The notes under the pieces: generated by a model
Databases searched by the model: none
What the model was told of the DNA's origin: nothing
Seen by the model: the letters and a program-made list of their open reading frames with translations, nothing else
Translations under genes and position numbers: made by a program
In this document: positions 7,126 to 17,460 of the stretch, one piece after another
How positions within the stretch are numbered: position 1 is the stretch's first letter
How the letters are laid out: each line of letters starts with the position of its first letter
NCBI RefSeq assembly: GCF_004376175.1
Contig: NZ_SNUY01000004.1
Location: 1-32,000, forward strand
DNA: 32,000 bases
Direction of reading: 5' to 3'
From: Halalkalibacterium halodurans
GTDB lineage: Bacteria > Bacillota > Bacilli > Bacillales > Bacillaceae_D

Positions 7126-8033
7126 CACCTTTAATTACCACTGATTTTTGGGCGACCAAACATGGGTTTCAGCTTGTAGAGGCTTTAAGATACAACGGCC
7201 AAACCATCATGCACCCTTTTTCTACAATAAGTTCCATTTATCCCCCGTTGCAAGTAAAGAGCGCGGAAAAGAATAAAAGACAGGGGGGACGACCTCTCAT
7301 CTCGCTTTTTCCAATACCATCTCTCTGTTATCAGCTTCCCCTAGTCAATCGAGTGCTACTAATAGGAATTATCGATAACATCGATGATCACTTCAACTTC
7401 TGGAACGGCTTTCATAAACGTATGTACAAGGGCCGATGATGCCGTAACTACTAGGAAAAGATCTGTCCTCATGACCCGTAATTGTTTGTTATCTTGAGAA
7501 TCTTTTCATTCAAGAAAACTCATGTCCCATCCCTCTAGTTTTCGTTCTAGCCAGACAGCATAAGCATATGGAACGCACAAGCCATCCATGAAAATGTTCT
7601 ACTTAAGGACTACAATAAGATTCTCACCCATTCTGACTTGCATCCTCTCACTTTATTTATCACAATCATCCCTTCTTTAAATAAAAGCACTCCCTCCTTC
7701 TTTTTCAGCTTATACTAAAACATATTAAAGAAAAAGAGGAGGAAGTTCATATGACTTTTTCACCTGCAGAAAAAGAAGTTACGCAAACAAAGACATCAAT
7801 TATCCATATTGCTAGTTAAAAAGACGCGAATCTTGATTGGAATAAATCTTCCATTAACCTTATCCTCCCCCACTCATTTGAAGAGTTTCCTAATTTTTAT
7901 CGGTTGGAAAATAATTAACAGCTGTTTTTTGTTCTTAGTAATAGATTAGGATGGTATGATTAAAGTCAGTATTTACTCATCGATCATAAACAATCGAACA
8001 ATTGGCGCCTATGGCTCAATCACTTGTATTCTC

Positions 8034-9032
8034 TTAATACATATAAAAACCAATCGCTTCTCGCACCTCTTGAATCGTTTGCTGTGCTGACACTTTCGCT
8101 TTCTCTTTGCCCATTAATAACAAATCGTGGATATCTGCATCAGTCAATTGCTCGTAGGTTTGGCGAATAGGTGCTACTGTCCGTTCAATGGAGGTTGCAA
8201 GCATTTGTTTACATGCTACACAACCGATTTCGGCTGTTTGGCATCCTGTTTGAATGGATTGCTGCTCCTCTGGCTCTGAGAAGTATTCATGAAGATGGAA
8301 CACGTTGCAGCCCGTTCTCGTCGGATGACCAGGTTTTACTTTATGGGTACGAAGCGGATCTGAATAAGCCCGTTTTACTTTTTGCTCGATCACCTCTTTT
8401 GGATCTTTAAGGGAAATCGTCGTCCCTTTCCCATCAGACTTGCTCATTTTCCCTTCACCTGTTAGTGATGGGACTCGGGCGCTTTGGTTTTCTACAGGTT
8501 TTGGTTCTGGAAATAACGGACCATAGTGAGCCGAAAATCGCCGAACAATCGCACGTGCCATTTCTAAATGAACGAGTTGATCCTCTCCTACAGAGACGAG
8601 CTCTCCTTTATGAATCAAAATATCGGCAGCCATAAGGACTGGGTACCCCGAGAGACCATAATGGACGTGATCAGGGTGTTTTTTCGCTTTTTCCTTAAAT
8701 GTGGGACAACGGAGAAGTTCTCCTAACGGCATGACCATCCCTAAGTAGGTGGCTAACTCTGTTATTTCTGCGGCAATAACCGATTGAGTGTAAAAAGTCG
8801 CCTTATGAGGATCGAGTCCAGCAGCTACCTATAACTTGGCTGCATCAATCGTTCGTTTCGCTAAGGATGTTTCATCAGAATGAGTCGTGAGTGAATGAAT
8901 ATCAACAATAAAAAAATGAGCATCCGTTGTTTCTTGTAAATCGATGATGTCGCGCATCGCACCAATGTAATTACCGATATGCACATCTCCTGTTGGTCTA
9001 ATTCCTGATGTAAGGATAGGTTTGCTAATCAT
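8034..9032 (-). pseudogene. trpS: Tryptophan--tRNA ligase paralog with one in-frame TAG (8829-8831); carries a C-terminal four-Cys motif
   Basis: Track ORFs 8829-9032 and 8034-8738 are in the same frame, and 8739-8828 is open. The joined protein has HIGN (DVHIGNYIGA), KMSKS and GEDQ..HLE motifs and is collinear with Bacillus TrpS. The stop falls where TrpS has a Tyr (..AALYLAVGLDP vs ..DAAKL*VAAGLDP). Confidence 0.8.
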
Positions 9033-9164
9033 AAAAAGTCCTCCTGTTTCGAAAGGTTAATTGATTGAAGATCATCAACAAATCGCTTTCCCACCAACCG
9101 TCTTCCATAGTCGTCACCTCTTCCTTTATATTTACATTTAGTTCTGACAAGGTGTAGGACCACC

Positions 9165-9420
9165 AAAAAAGCTCCCCCATCCTTAGAAAAGGACGGGAGA
9201 GCCCGCGGTACCACCTTCATTGGTCAATAAATAACCCTGCTTCCTTGTCATCACAACTCGAGAACAAGTGTCTCATGTAACGACGAGACCTATCGCCAAA
9301 GCCTACTAAGGATCCATTCCCGTTCGGTTTGGATGCTCCGAAGCCCATTCTGCATCGTTTCTGTACTGATTTCCACCGACCATCAGCTCTCTAGAACAGG
9401 ATACGATTCATACTCTTCTT
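9165..9420 (-). promoter_or_regulatory. T-box leader (tRNA-Trp responsive) with terminator/antiterminator, upstream of trpS
   Basis: On the minus strand the T-box sequence AATGAAGGTGGTACCGCG (rc of 9204-9221) runs into the terminator GGGCTCTCCCGTCC..GGATGGGGGAGC followed by TTTTTT (rc of 9165-9203). Upstream lie an AGAGAG motif, a GGTGGAA distal-loop motif and two GAAUGG candidate specifiers (UGG at 9345-9347 and 9314-9316). Confidence 0.8.
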
Positions 9421-9498
9421 CATCATTGCAAACATATGCATTCTCGAACTACCTTCATTCTATACTGGGGACCTCGTCAAAGCAATCGTTTTTTCCTT

Positions 9499-10194
9499 TT
9501 AGGAATGAAGGTGATCTCGATACGTATCAAGGACGAGGCGCCCTTTTGAATCAAGAACGGCATAAAAGACGTCTTGTATTCCGTACCCCCGCCTAAGAAT
9601 TTCTTGTTTTAACCACTCTTCAGACAGGTCATTTTCCAATAGATTTTCTTTATTTACCTCACCATCGATGATGAGCTCGATCGGGCGATGCCGTTTCGCT
9701 ACAGGAATGTTAAGGTCCTTTCTTGTCACTGGCAAGTATTCAGGTTTTTTTAATACCGTTACCGTTCCATCAGTTTCAAGGATGGCGGTTTCAACTTCCT
9801 GCCAATCAAAGATTTCCTTTTCGCGGAGCGCTTGTTTAAACATATCAATTGAGAAGTTTTCCTTTTTTAAATTGTGCTCTAATAGCTTCCCATCCTGAAT
9901 GAGAAGGGTTGGTGTACCGTCTAACCATTTACGAATCGCCCGGCTTTTCCAACTTAAACGAGTAGTGAAAAAGCCTAAAACCGCAATTAATAAGAGAGAG
10001 GTTGTCATCAGCCAAAAGTTTAACGATGAATTAAACGCAAGATTGGCTGCGATCGCCCCAAGCATGACCATCGTAATAAAATCATGATTTGTCATCTGGG
10101 CCATCGAATGCTTCCCTAGTATACGATTCATAATTAGTAAAAAGCCAAACGACCAAATCGTGCGGAGTATGGTTTGAACGAGCTCCTGAACCAC
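9499..10194 (-). CDS. DUF421 (YetF-like) membrane protein
   Basis: N-terminal TM region with LGKHSMAQMTNHDFITMVMLGAIAA, plus a soluble C-terminal domain, as in the Bacillus YetF/YdfS family. Confidence 0.8.
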   Translation of the reverse strand: MVQELVQTILRTIWSFGFLLIMNRILGKHSMAQMTNHDFITMVMLGAIAANLAFNSSLNFWLMTTSLLLIAVLGFFTTRLSWKSRAIRKWLDGTPTLLIQDGKLLEHNLKKENFSIDMFKQALREKEIFDWQEVETAILETDGTVTVLKKPEYLPVTRKDLNIPVAKRHRPIELIIDGEVNKENLLENDLSEEWLKQEILRRGYGIQDVFYAVLDSKGRLVLDTYRDHLHS

Positions 10195-10276
10195 GGTGCA
10201 AACATCCCCTTAATCATTTATTCAAATGATTCCCATTACTTGTATTTTTATTCTAATGGTAAACAGGGGCACTTCT

Positions 10277-10909
10277 TTATAAAATGCCAGATTGTTCATT
10301 TTCCGTTTTCAAACGCTTGCTCTTCTCTCGTCTTTTCTTATAAAGCGTTAAAAGTGTAACGAGTAGGAGCAGAGCTAGCACCGCAATCATTCCGTAGGTT
10401 TCAATAAAATTTCCAACATAGCTGATCGATTCATGGAAGGAATAGCCGATCAAAAAATAAACCGAGCTCCAAATTACTTGTGAGGGAGCGGCGGCGACTA
10501 AAAACTGGTGAAATCGATAGTTTGATAGCCCAACCGAAAATGGAGTGGCATGGCGAAGGAATGGTAAATAGTAACCGAAAGCTACAGCCCAAAGGCCGTA
10601 TCGGTTAAGAAAAGCCTCCCCCTTCTCCACCCGAACGACAAAGAGACGGGTATCTTTTAATTTTTGCAAGGAAGGTTTGCCCCCCCACTGACCAAAACCA
10701 TACAGTAAAATTCCATGGGCGATTACACTAGCGATGATCGTGAAATAGGTTGGGATTGGCTCTAACATCGAAGTAGTGGAAAGGAAGCCTCCTGTCATTA
10801 GAAGTATTTCATTGGGGACAGGAAAAAGAAACAAACCGATCAAAAAAAAGACGAAAATGGCACAATAACTCCATTCTTGTACAAGGACATTGATCGTCTG
10901 AATATCCAA
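10277..10909 (-). CDS. DedA/VTT-family membrane protein
   Basis: Shows the FPVPNEILLMTGGFL motif and multiple TM segments. I prefer the TTG at 10909 (SD AAGGGAGGGGG, 9-nt spacing) over the track start at 10960. Confidence 0.75.
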   Translation of the reverse strand: MDIQTINVLVQEWSYCAIFVFFLIGLFLFPVPNEILLMTGGFLSTTSMLEPIPTYFTIIASVIAHGILLYGFGQWGGKPSLQKLKDTRLFVVRVEKGEAFLNRYGLWAVAFGYYLPFLRHATPFSVGLSNYRFHQFLVAAAPSQVIWSSVYFLIGYSFHESISYVGNFIETYGMIAVLALLLLVTLLTLYKKRREKSKRLKTENEQSGIL

Positions 10910-11025
10910 CTTACCTAGCCCCCTCCCTTTGACTTTTGTAGTTGTAAAATAGTATACCATGAAAAAGTTGAAAAAGTTTGAAATCTTTTTTTGCTTTATT
11001 CACGTTTTTCTTACTGCTAAAACTT

Positions 11026-11055
11026 AAGCCGCCTTTCATTTTGACCAAAGGCGGC
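11026..11055 (-). terminator. Hairpin downstream of the small 11063-11266 gene
   Basis: AGCCGCCTTT (11026-11035) and AAAGGCGGCT (11046-11055) form a perfect 10-bp stem. The minus-strand tail is only moderately T-rich. Confidence 0.5.
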
Positions 11056-11062
11056 TCGCTCA

Positions 11063-11266
11063 TTATGTATTAGAAAAGTACTCTTTGAAATAACCAGCGA
11101 CTTTTCCCGTATTATCAACAATAAAATAAAATTCTTCCGTTTCATTTTTGACTTCATACGTTTTTCCTGGCGTTAATACTCCACTCACTTTAAATTTCTT
11201 TGCGTCCGTATGTACGCATGTAACGGTCTTCAATGTTTCTTTTGTCGTCCACGTTTCATGAATCAC
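11063..11266 (-). CDS. Small hypothetical protein (about 67 aa)
   Basis: Track ORF is 11063-11290. The best start is GTG 11266, with SD AAGGGGAG 8 nt upstream. No family recognised. Confidence 0.5.
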   Translation of the reverse strand: MIHETWTTKETLKTVTCVHTDAKKFKVSGVLTPGKTYEVKNETEEFYFIVDNTGKVAGYFKEYFSNT

Positions 11267-11402
11267 ATCGTTCACTCCCCTTAAATACACTTAACTCCAT
11301 ATCCATTATATAACGAATGGGCCAATAAAGAAAACTCACTCGGCGCACCAGTTAGTAAAACTAGCTTGCCACCAAAATCCTTTAACCTAAGCTGTTATTT
11401 AA

Positions 11403-11434
11403 CAAAAAGCCCTAGAGATTCAACTCTAGAGCTT
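11403..11434 (-). terminator. Rho-independent terminator of odhAB
   Basis: AGCCCTAGAG pairs with CTCTAGAGCT (9 of 10). An A-run at 11404-11408 gives a T-run on the minus strand. Confidence 0.7.
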
Positions 11435-11446
11435 TTCATAGAACCA

Positions 11447-12682
11447 TTAACTATCTAAGAGCAACGATTCTGGATCTTCTAGCATTTCTTTGACTCGTAC
11501 GAGGAAGCTTACCGCTTCTTTCCCATCTACAATTCGATGATCGTAGGAAAGGGCAATGTACATCATCGGACGATTTTCAAAGTTTTCTTCGTCAATTGCC
11601 ACAGGGCGCCATTGAATCTTATGCATTCCTAAGATCCCCACTTGAGGCGCATTTAAAATCGGTGTTGACCAAAGAGAGCCAAACACGCCGCCATTAGTGA
11701 TCGTAAACGTTCCTCCTTGCAATTCTGAAAGGGAGAGCTTATTCTCACGTGCTTTCTTTCCAAGGTGCATGATTTCTCTTTCTATGCCTGCGAAACCGAG
11801 GCGATCTGCATCGCGGACAACAGGAACAACAAGGCCCTCGTCTGTCGATACGGCGATGCCGATGTCATAATATTTTTTCAGTAAGATTTCATCTCCTTGG
11901 ATCTCGGCGTTAAGAAGCGGGAACTCTTTTAATGCGCCGATAACTGCTTTTGTAAAGAAAGACATGAATCCGAGCTTCACATCATGCTTCTCAAAAAATT
12001 GGTCTTTGCGGCGCTTTCTAAGTTCCATTACCGCCGACATATCTACCTCATTAAACGTTGTAAGCATGGCTGCTGTTTGCTGTGCTTCGACAAGACGCTT
12101 GGCGATCGTTTGACGGCGACGGGACATTTTTATTCGCTCCACTGGCTTTCCTGGTGATTCAACGTTAGCTGCGGCAGGAGCCGCTTTTTTCTCAGGTGCC
12201 TTCGCCGGAGCAGAAGCTGCTGGTTTCTCTTCATATGAAGCCACATCCTGCTTGCGCAAACGTCCTAACGGGTCAGCTGTTGGCACAGCTTCCAAATCAA
12301 TCCCTTTCTCCCGCGCAAGCTTTCGTGCCGCTGGTGACGCGACCGGACGATTCCCAGGGGCAGGGGCTGCTTCCTCAGAAGCTACACGAGAAACCTTCTT
12401 CTCTTCTTTCGGAGCCTCTGCTTGTTCGGTTGAAGCCGTAGGAGAGTCGCCTTCCGCTAGAACGGCGATCACTTCTCCTACCTCGACTGTGTCACCTTCT
12501 TCTCTTTTTAGTTCTTGAATGACACCCGAGTGCTCTGCCGTAATTTCTACATTGACTTTATCTGTTTCAAGCTCTGCAATGTATTCCCCTTGGGATACGT
12601 GGTCCCCAACCTTTTTCAACCATTGCGCGATGGTTCCTTCTGTAATCGATTCTGCTAGTTCCGGTACTTTAATTTCAATCAC
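11447..12682 (-). CDS. odhB: 2-oxoglutarate dehydrogenase E2, dihydrolipoyllysine-residue succinyltransferase
   Basis: N-terminal lipoyl domain ([11 protein letters not shown]), an Ala/Pro linker, a PSBD ([15 protein letters not shown]) and a catalytic domain ending in SYDHRIVDG. Confidence 0.95.
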   Translation of the reverse strand: MIEIKVPELAESITEGTIAQWLKKVGDHVSQGEYIAELETDKVNVEITAEHSGVIQELKREEGDTVEVGEVIAVLAEGDSPTASTEQAEAPKEEKKVSRVASEEAAPAPGNRPVASPAARKLAREKGIDLEAVPTADPLGRLRKQDVASYEEKPAASAPAKAPEKKAAPAAANVESPGKPVERIKMSRRRQTIAKRLVEAQQTAAMLTTFNEVDMSAVMELRKRRKDQFFEKHDVKLGFMSFFTKAVIGALKEFPLLNAEIQGDEILLKKYYDIGIAVSTDEGLVVPVVRDADRLGFAGIEREIMHLGKKARENKLSLSELQGGTFTITNGGVFGSLWSTPILNAPQVGILGMHKIQWRPVAIDEENFENRPMMYIALSYDHRIVDGKEAVSFLVRVKEMLEDPESLLLDS

Positions 12683-12702
12683 GATGATGGCCTCCCTTTG
12701 CG

Positions 12703-15540
12703 TTATCGAGTCAAAGTTTCTGTTACGATGCGTTCTTGTTCTTGTTTATGAATGATAGGGTCGCCTTCCGCTGGACTTGAGCGATACGTGCGGCCTTCGT
12801 AGCGAACATTGATTCCGTTAGGAGCAGCACGGCGAATTTTCGACTGAACAAACGGCCAAGCTCCCATATTTCGTGGTTCTTCTTGCGACCAAACGATTTC
12901 CTTTACGTTCGGATAGCGGGCAAAGATTTCTTGTAGCGGCTCTTTCGGGAATGGATATAACTGTTCAACGCGAACGATGTGCACCCAATCCCAATCTTTA
13001 TCCGCCTCTTTTTCAATCCGATCTTGCAAATCAATGGCAATCTTTCCACTACAAAGAACAATCCGTTCTACCTTCTCATGGCTTTCCCCTAAATTTGGTT
13101 GCTCCAAAACGGTTTTAAATCTTCCTGTCGTCAGCTCTTCCACGGAAGAGGCAACCTTTTGGTTTCGCAACAAGCTTTTTGGCGTCATCATTATGAGTGG
13201 GCGCACAGAATCTGTATTTAATATCGCTGCTTGGCGGCGAAGAATGTGGAAGTATTGCGCTGCTGACGTACAGTTTGCAATCGTCCAGTTATTCTCTGCT
13301 GCTAAGACGAGGAACCGCTCGAGCCTTGCACTTGAATGCTCAGGTCCTTGCCCTTCGTAGCCATGTGGAAGCAAGCAGACTAGACCTGATTTTTGTCCCC
13401 ATTTTGCTCGGCCGGCAGACACCCATTGGTCAAACATAACTTGGGCTCCGTTCGCAAAGTCGCCGAATTGAGCTTCCCAGAGTACGAGCGTCTCCGGAGC
13501 AAATACGTTATAGCCATATTCAAAGCCGACAATCGCCATTTCACTTAACGGGCTATTGTGGACCGCAAACGAGGCATTCGCATGACGGAATGATTGTAAA
13601 GGCGAGTGCACATCGTTTGTGCGAGAATCATGCAATACAAGGTGACGGTGGGCGAATGTTCCACGTTCAGAGTCTTGACCCGTCAAACGAATTGGCGTGC
13701 CGTCATGTAAAATCGTCGCAAAAGCGAGAGTCTCAGCTAATGCCCAGTCGACCTTTCCATCACCATCAAAAACGTTCAGGCGCCGCTTTAAAATTTTCTC
13801 TAGCTTTGGATTCACCGAGAAGCTCTCTGGCCATTCGAGCAATTCATTATTGATCGCCTTTAACGTTTCACTCTGAACTCCTGTATCGAGTTTCGGAAGG
13901 CCATTCACCACTTCGACTGGAGGCGTATCTGGTAGATGTTCATCTGTGCGATTTCTTAACGTCTCCTCGTATACGCTTTGCAGTTTGTCTTGCACCTCAT
14001 CATCAAGCTGCTTGACTGTTTGCTCGTCGATCAAACCTTTTTTAACTAGCTGCTTGCTATAAAGCTCGCGAACAGTCGGATGCTTGCGAATGATTTGATA
14101 TACCCCAGGCTGTGTCACAGCCGGCTCATCCATTTCATTGTGTCCGAAGCGGCGATATCCAATTAAATCAATCAAGAAATCCTTCTTGAAGCGTTTCCGG
14201 TATTGGAAAGCAAGATGGACAGCTGCCAAACAGGCTTCCGGGTCATCGGCATTAACGTGTACAATCGGAATCTCAAACCCCTTGGCAGGATCACTCGAAT
14301 ATAGTGTTGAACGTGAATCGAATGTTTCTGTCGTAAACCCGATGTTGTTGTTCGCAATGATATGCAACGATCCACCTGTTTGATAACCGGTTAAGCGGCT
14401 AAGGTTCAATGTTTCTGTTACAACACCTTGACCAGGGAACGCGGCATCTCCATGAATTAAAATCGAGTAGGCTTTCATGATATCCTGCTCAGGAGCACCA
14501 GGTGATGTCCGATCCTCTTGGGCCGCTCGGGCGTACCCTTCAACGATTGGGCTTACGAACTCTAAGTGACTTGGGTTGTTCGCAAGCGTTAACCTTGCTT
14601 CGGCAGTATTTTCATCGCGAATTTGCCTGTCAGCTCCAAGGTGATATTTCACATCTCCCGTCCAGCCATAGTTAATTCCAATCGAGCCTTCCGATGGGAA
14701 TAAATCTTTATTTAGCGAGTGTAAAAACTCAGCGAAAATCATTTCATATGGTTTGTTTAATACGTGTGCAAGGACATTCAAACGGCCGCGATGGGCCATG
14801 CCAATCATCACGTTTGTCGTTCCTTCATGAACAGCTTCTCGAACAACTTCATCTAGCATTGGCACTAAGGTATCTAAACCCTCGATCGAAAACCGTTTTT
14901 GTCCAACGAATGTCCGATGCAAAAACTTTTCGAATCCTTCTACATCAGTTAAGCGCTTAAGTAAGGATTTTCGTTGTTCAGTCGATAAGTTTGGTAAGTA
15001 GAGCCCAGATTCAATCATACGATTCAACCATTTGCGCTCTTCTTCATCGGTAACGTGTACAAATTCAAAAGCAATCGTCTTTGTATAAACTTCTTTTAAA
15101 TGATTGATCGCATCTAACCCATTCTTAACATGGGCAGGTGCATATGGACAGAGTAAGTCCACAGGTACGGAGCGAATGTCACTTTCTGTTAAGCCAAAAC
15201 GATCCAAATCGAACATATCTTCCCTGCGCTGCTCTTTGAGAATTGGTTGAATATCCGCTGCTAAATGACCGAACGCACGAATATGATCAGCTAATTTCAC
15301 TGCACCCACGAACTTCTTAATGACGTCTGGGTCAGTGATTGATGCTGCTGTAAACGTTGATTGCGTACGCTCTGGTGCTGTTGCCGGCGGTGGTCCCCAT
15401 TTTTCAAATGCTTCTCTCAATTCATCATCGACCGCATTGGGATCCTTTTGGTACTCTTCATAAAGCTCTACTGCTACACCAAGGTTAGGACCATAAAATC
15501 CTTGCCAAGGCTCTTCCGACGTGTGCTCCTTGCTGGACAT
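12703..15540 (-). CDS. odhA: 2-oxoglutarate dehydrogenase E1 component
   Basis: 945 aa with a typical SucA/OdhA N-terminus (..[20 protein letters not shown]), a ThDP-binding region ([12 protein letters not shown]) and [22 protein letters not shown]. It lies directly upstream of odhB. Confidence 0.95.
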
Positions 15541-15609
15541 GAAAAAACCCCCTACTTTCTAGTCAGTCAAAAACTATCAAAGGTTTGTTTTATAACGCTT
15601 TCATCAAGT

Positions 15610-15638
15610 ATTTTAACATGTTTGTCACATTTGCTCAA
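15610..15638 (-). promoter_or_regulatory. Candidate sigmaA promoter of odhAB
   Basis: The minus strand reads TTGAGC-17 nt-TAAAAT with a TGt extended -10 (-35 at 15633-15638, -10 at 15610-15615). Confidence 0.45.
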
Positions 15639-15861
15639 AGGTAATCTGAATTTACGATTTTTCGCATAATTACGCGGGAAACTATTGGTCTATTAAGGTT
15701 TTTAAGTAGCAACGCGTTGCCGAATCAAGGCAAAACGACAAACTTAATTTAAGTCTTTAAATTCTGAAAATAAAGTCTTTTTTACTTCCTTTCATTTTCT
15801 TCCCTTGCATCCCTCTTCTTTTCATAGTATGGTGTGCTTAGTTTCAATGGGAAAGGTGATG

Positions 15862-16479
15862 ATGATGACCGCTACTGTAGACCAGCAAAACAACCAGATC
15901 CTCTCACCTCTTTGCTCAAACTGTCCAGAACCTTATTTCAAGAAAGCTCATCCAGATCTTCCGAATGCCGGTTGTTGTAGTTATAGCCCGACCTTTTCCT
16001 TATTCGAGCTATGGAAAATGGTTCAGAAAGATGAGCGCTTTGTCCGAAGGTTATTCGAACTCCCGACAGCTGAGGTGCTGGAAACAGAGGTAAAAGTACA
16101 TGCCCACGTTCATGAAGGATACTCTGATCGTGATGACCTTTCCAGTCTTTCGCCGATTGAGCAAAGCGATTTAATTGAACGGTACTCTGTCTGTGTTTTT
16201 TTACGTAACGGCAAAGGCTGCATGCTGGATGCTAGCTTTAAAAATGCCGTTTGTCGCTCCTTCATCTGTCCTTCTGTTGAAGCGACCTTATCCAACGAAT
16301 TACTACACGAGATCCAAGCTGCGATTCATGCCATTCAGCACGAAGCAAAGCAATTCCATACAACGTGTAAACAAGTTTTACAAGAGCTCGGGCTCTCCTT
16401 AAAAAAAGACCATGATGAAGTGATTCGATTTTTAAAACAATATTACCCAGAGCCAGACCTTCATGAAAAAAGGAGCTGA
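15862..16479 (+). CDS. Cysteine-rich hypothetical protein (possible CxxCxxCC/YkgJ-type metal-binding fold)
   Basis: Shows LCSNCPEP...AGCCSYSP and later CVFLRNGKGCML..VCRSFIC. The start is ambiguous among ATG 15847/15859/15862/15865 (SD GAAAGG at 15851-15856). The track's TTG at 15805 is unlikely. Confidence 0.55.
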   Translation: MMTATVDQQNNQILSPLCSNCPEPYFKKAHPDLPNAGCCSYSPTFSLFELWKMVQKDERFVRRLFELPTAEVLETEVKVHAHVHEGYSDRDDLSSLSPIEQSDLIERYSVCVFLRNGKGCMLDASFKNAVCRSFICPSVEATLSNELLHEIQAAIHAIQHEAKQFHTTCKQVLQELGLSLKKDHDEVIRFLKQYYPEPDLHEKRS

Positions 16480-16496
16480 TCTAGGCTCCTTTTTTA
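16465..16496. terminator. Bidirectional terminator between the convergent Cys-rich gene and ku
   Basis: AAAAAAGGAGC (16465-16475) and GCTCCTTTTTT (16485-16495) are exact complements with A/T runs on both sides. Confidence 0.65.
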
Positions 16497-16505
16497 CTAC
16501 GTATA

Positions 16506-17348
16506 TTACGCATTTTTCTTCGTTTTGGCGTTTGTTCGCTTGCGTGGCGTTTTCTTTGCCCCTGCTTTTTTTGTTTTATCGATCGACGCTTGGAGCGCCT
16601 CCATCAAGTCGGTTACATTAGAAGCTGCTGGTTCTTTCTCCTTCGCTGTTACTGTCTGTTTTCCTGCCTTTTTGTTTTCAATCATTTCCATCAGTGCTTG
16701 TCGGTAGTCATCCTCATACTTATCAGGGTCAAACGTTGTCGTCAGTTGATCAATAAGCAAAAGGGCTGTATCGACTTCCTTTTTCGTTACGTCTACCTTC
16801 TCAGGTACATTCGGCACTTGATCTACGGCTCTCACTTCATCGGGAAAATGGATCGTTTCCATAAGAAGCGTATTTTTGTATACACGAATAACAGCCAGAT
16901 GCTCTTTGGCACGAATGATGATTTTTGCAACACCGATTTTTTCCGACTCCGCTAGGGCTTCTCGTAATAACGTATAGGCTTTGCCCCCGCCATCTCCTGG
17001 AGACATGTAATAGCTCTTATCAAAGTAGATCGGGTCTATTTCCTGTAGTTTGACAAAGTCAATGATTTCTACCGCCTTATCTTCCTGCTCTTTTTTTAAA
17101 GAGGCAAGCTCCTCCTCATCAAGCTCAACGAACTTATTTTTCGCGTATTCATAAGCTTTCACAATATCATTTGGCTCCACTTCAGCATCACAGTTGGGGC
17201 AAACCTTTAAATAATTAATCGGGGTCTTACATTCTTTGTGAAGCTGTCTTAAACGAACATCTTTATTTTCTGTTGCAGCATGCAATTTGATGGGGATATT
17301 CACAAGGCCAAAACTGATCGTTCCCTTCCACATCGTGTGAATCGTCAT
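16506..17348 (-). CDS. ku: Non-homologous end joining protein Ku
   Basis: MTIHTMWKGTISFGLVNIPIKLHAATENKDVRLRQLHKEC.. is collinear with B. subtilis YkoV, including the basic C-terminal tail. The start is set at ATG 17348. The 28-codon extension in the track ORF has no homology support. Confidence 0.9.
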   Translation of the reverse strand: MTIHTMWKGTISFGLVNIPIKLHAATENKDVRLRQLHKECKTPINYLKVCPNCDAEVEPNDIVKAYEYAKNKFVELDEEELASLKKEQEDKAVEIIDFVKLQEIDPIYFDKSYYMSPGDGGGKAYTLLREALAESEKIGVAKIIIRAKEHLAVIRVYKNTLLMETIHFPDEVRAVDQVPNVPEKVDVTKKEVDTALLLIDQLTTTFDPDKYEDDYRQALMEMIENKKAGKQTVTAKEKEPAASNVTDLMEALQASIDKTKKAGAKKTPRKRTNAKTKKNA

Positions 17349-17452
17349 CACCTTCTTTCCTTCTTCCCTAGCCTTCATAATGTGTGATGAAACCGGATTG
17401 ATTATGTAACGGAAGTTTTTCTGAAACAGCATGTATCGGCCTCATTAAAAAA

Positions 17453-17460
17453 TAAAAAAC
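17453..17460. repeat. Target-site duplication, left copy (TAAAAAAC)
   Basis: Identical 8-mer to 21251-21258. It abuts the outer end of the left terminal IR. Confidence 0.85.

Noticed and set aside
7209-7439. 76-aa plus-strand ORF in the gene-poor stretch
   Set aside because: No SD and low-complexity composition. The opposite strand shows an equally plausible stop-broken fragment. I treated it as part of a decayed region.
12196-15669. Numerous 60-127-aa ORFs on the plus strand within odhA/odhB (for example 12977-13360, 12252-12518, 15361-15669)
   Set aside because: These are antisense shadow ORFs inside two very well-supported long genes, and none has a start-site signal.
16590-16955. 121-aa plus-strand ORF
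   Set aside because: It is entirely antisense to ku. The Cys/Phe/Leu-rich composition is typical of a shadow frame.
17349-17432. 28-codon N-terminal extension of Ku (track start 17432)
   Set aside because: Homology to Ku begins exactly at MTIHTMWKG. The extension would place the start 21 nt from the mobile-element duplication, and it has no SD.
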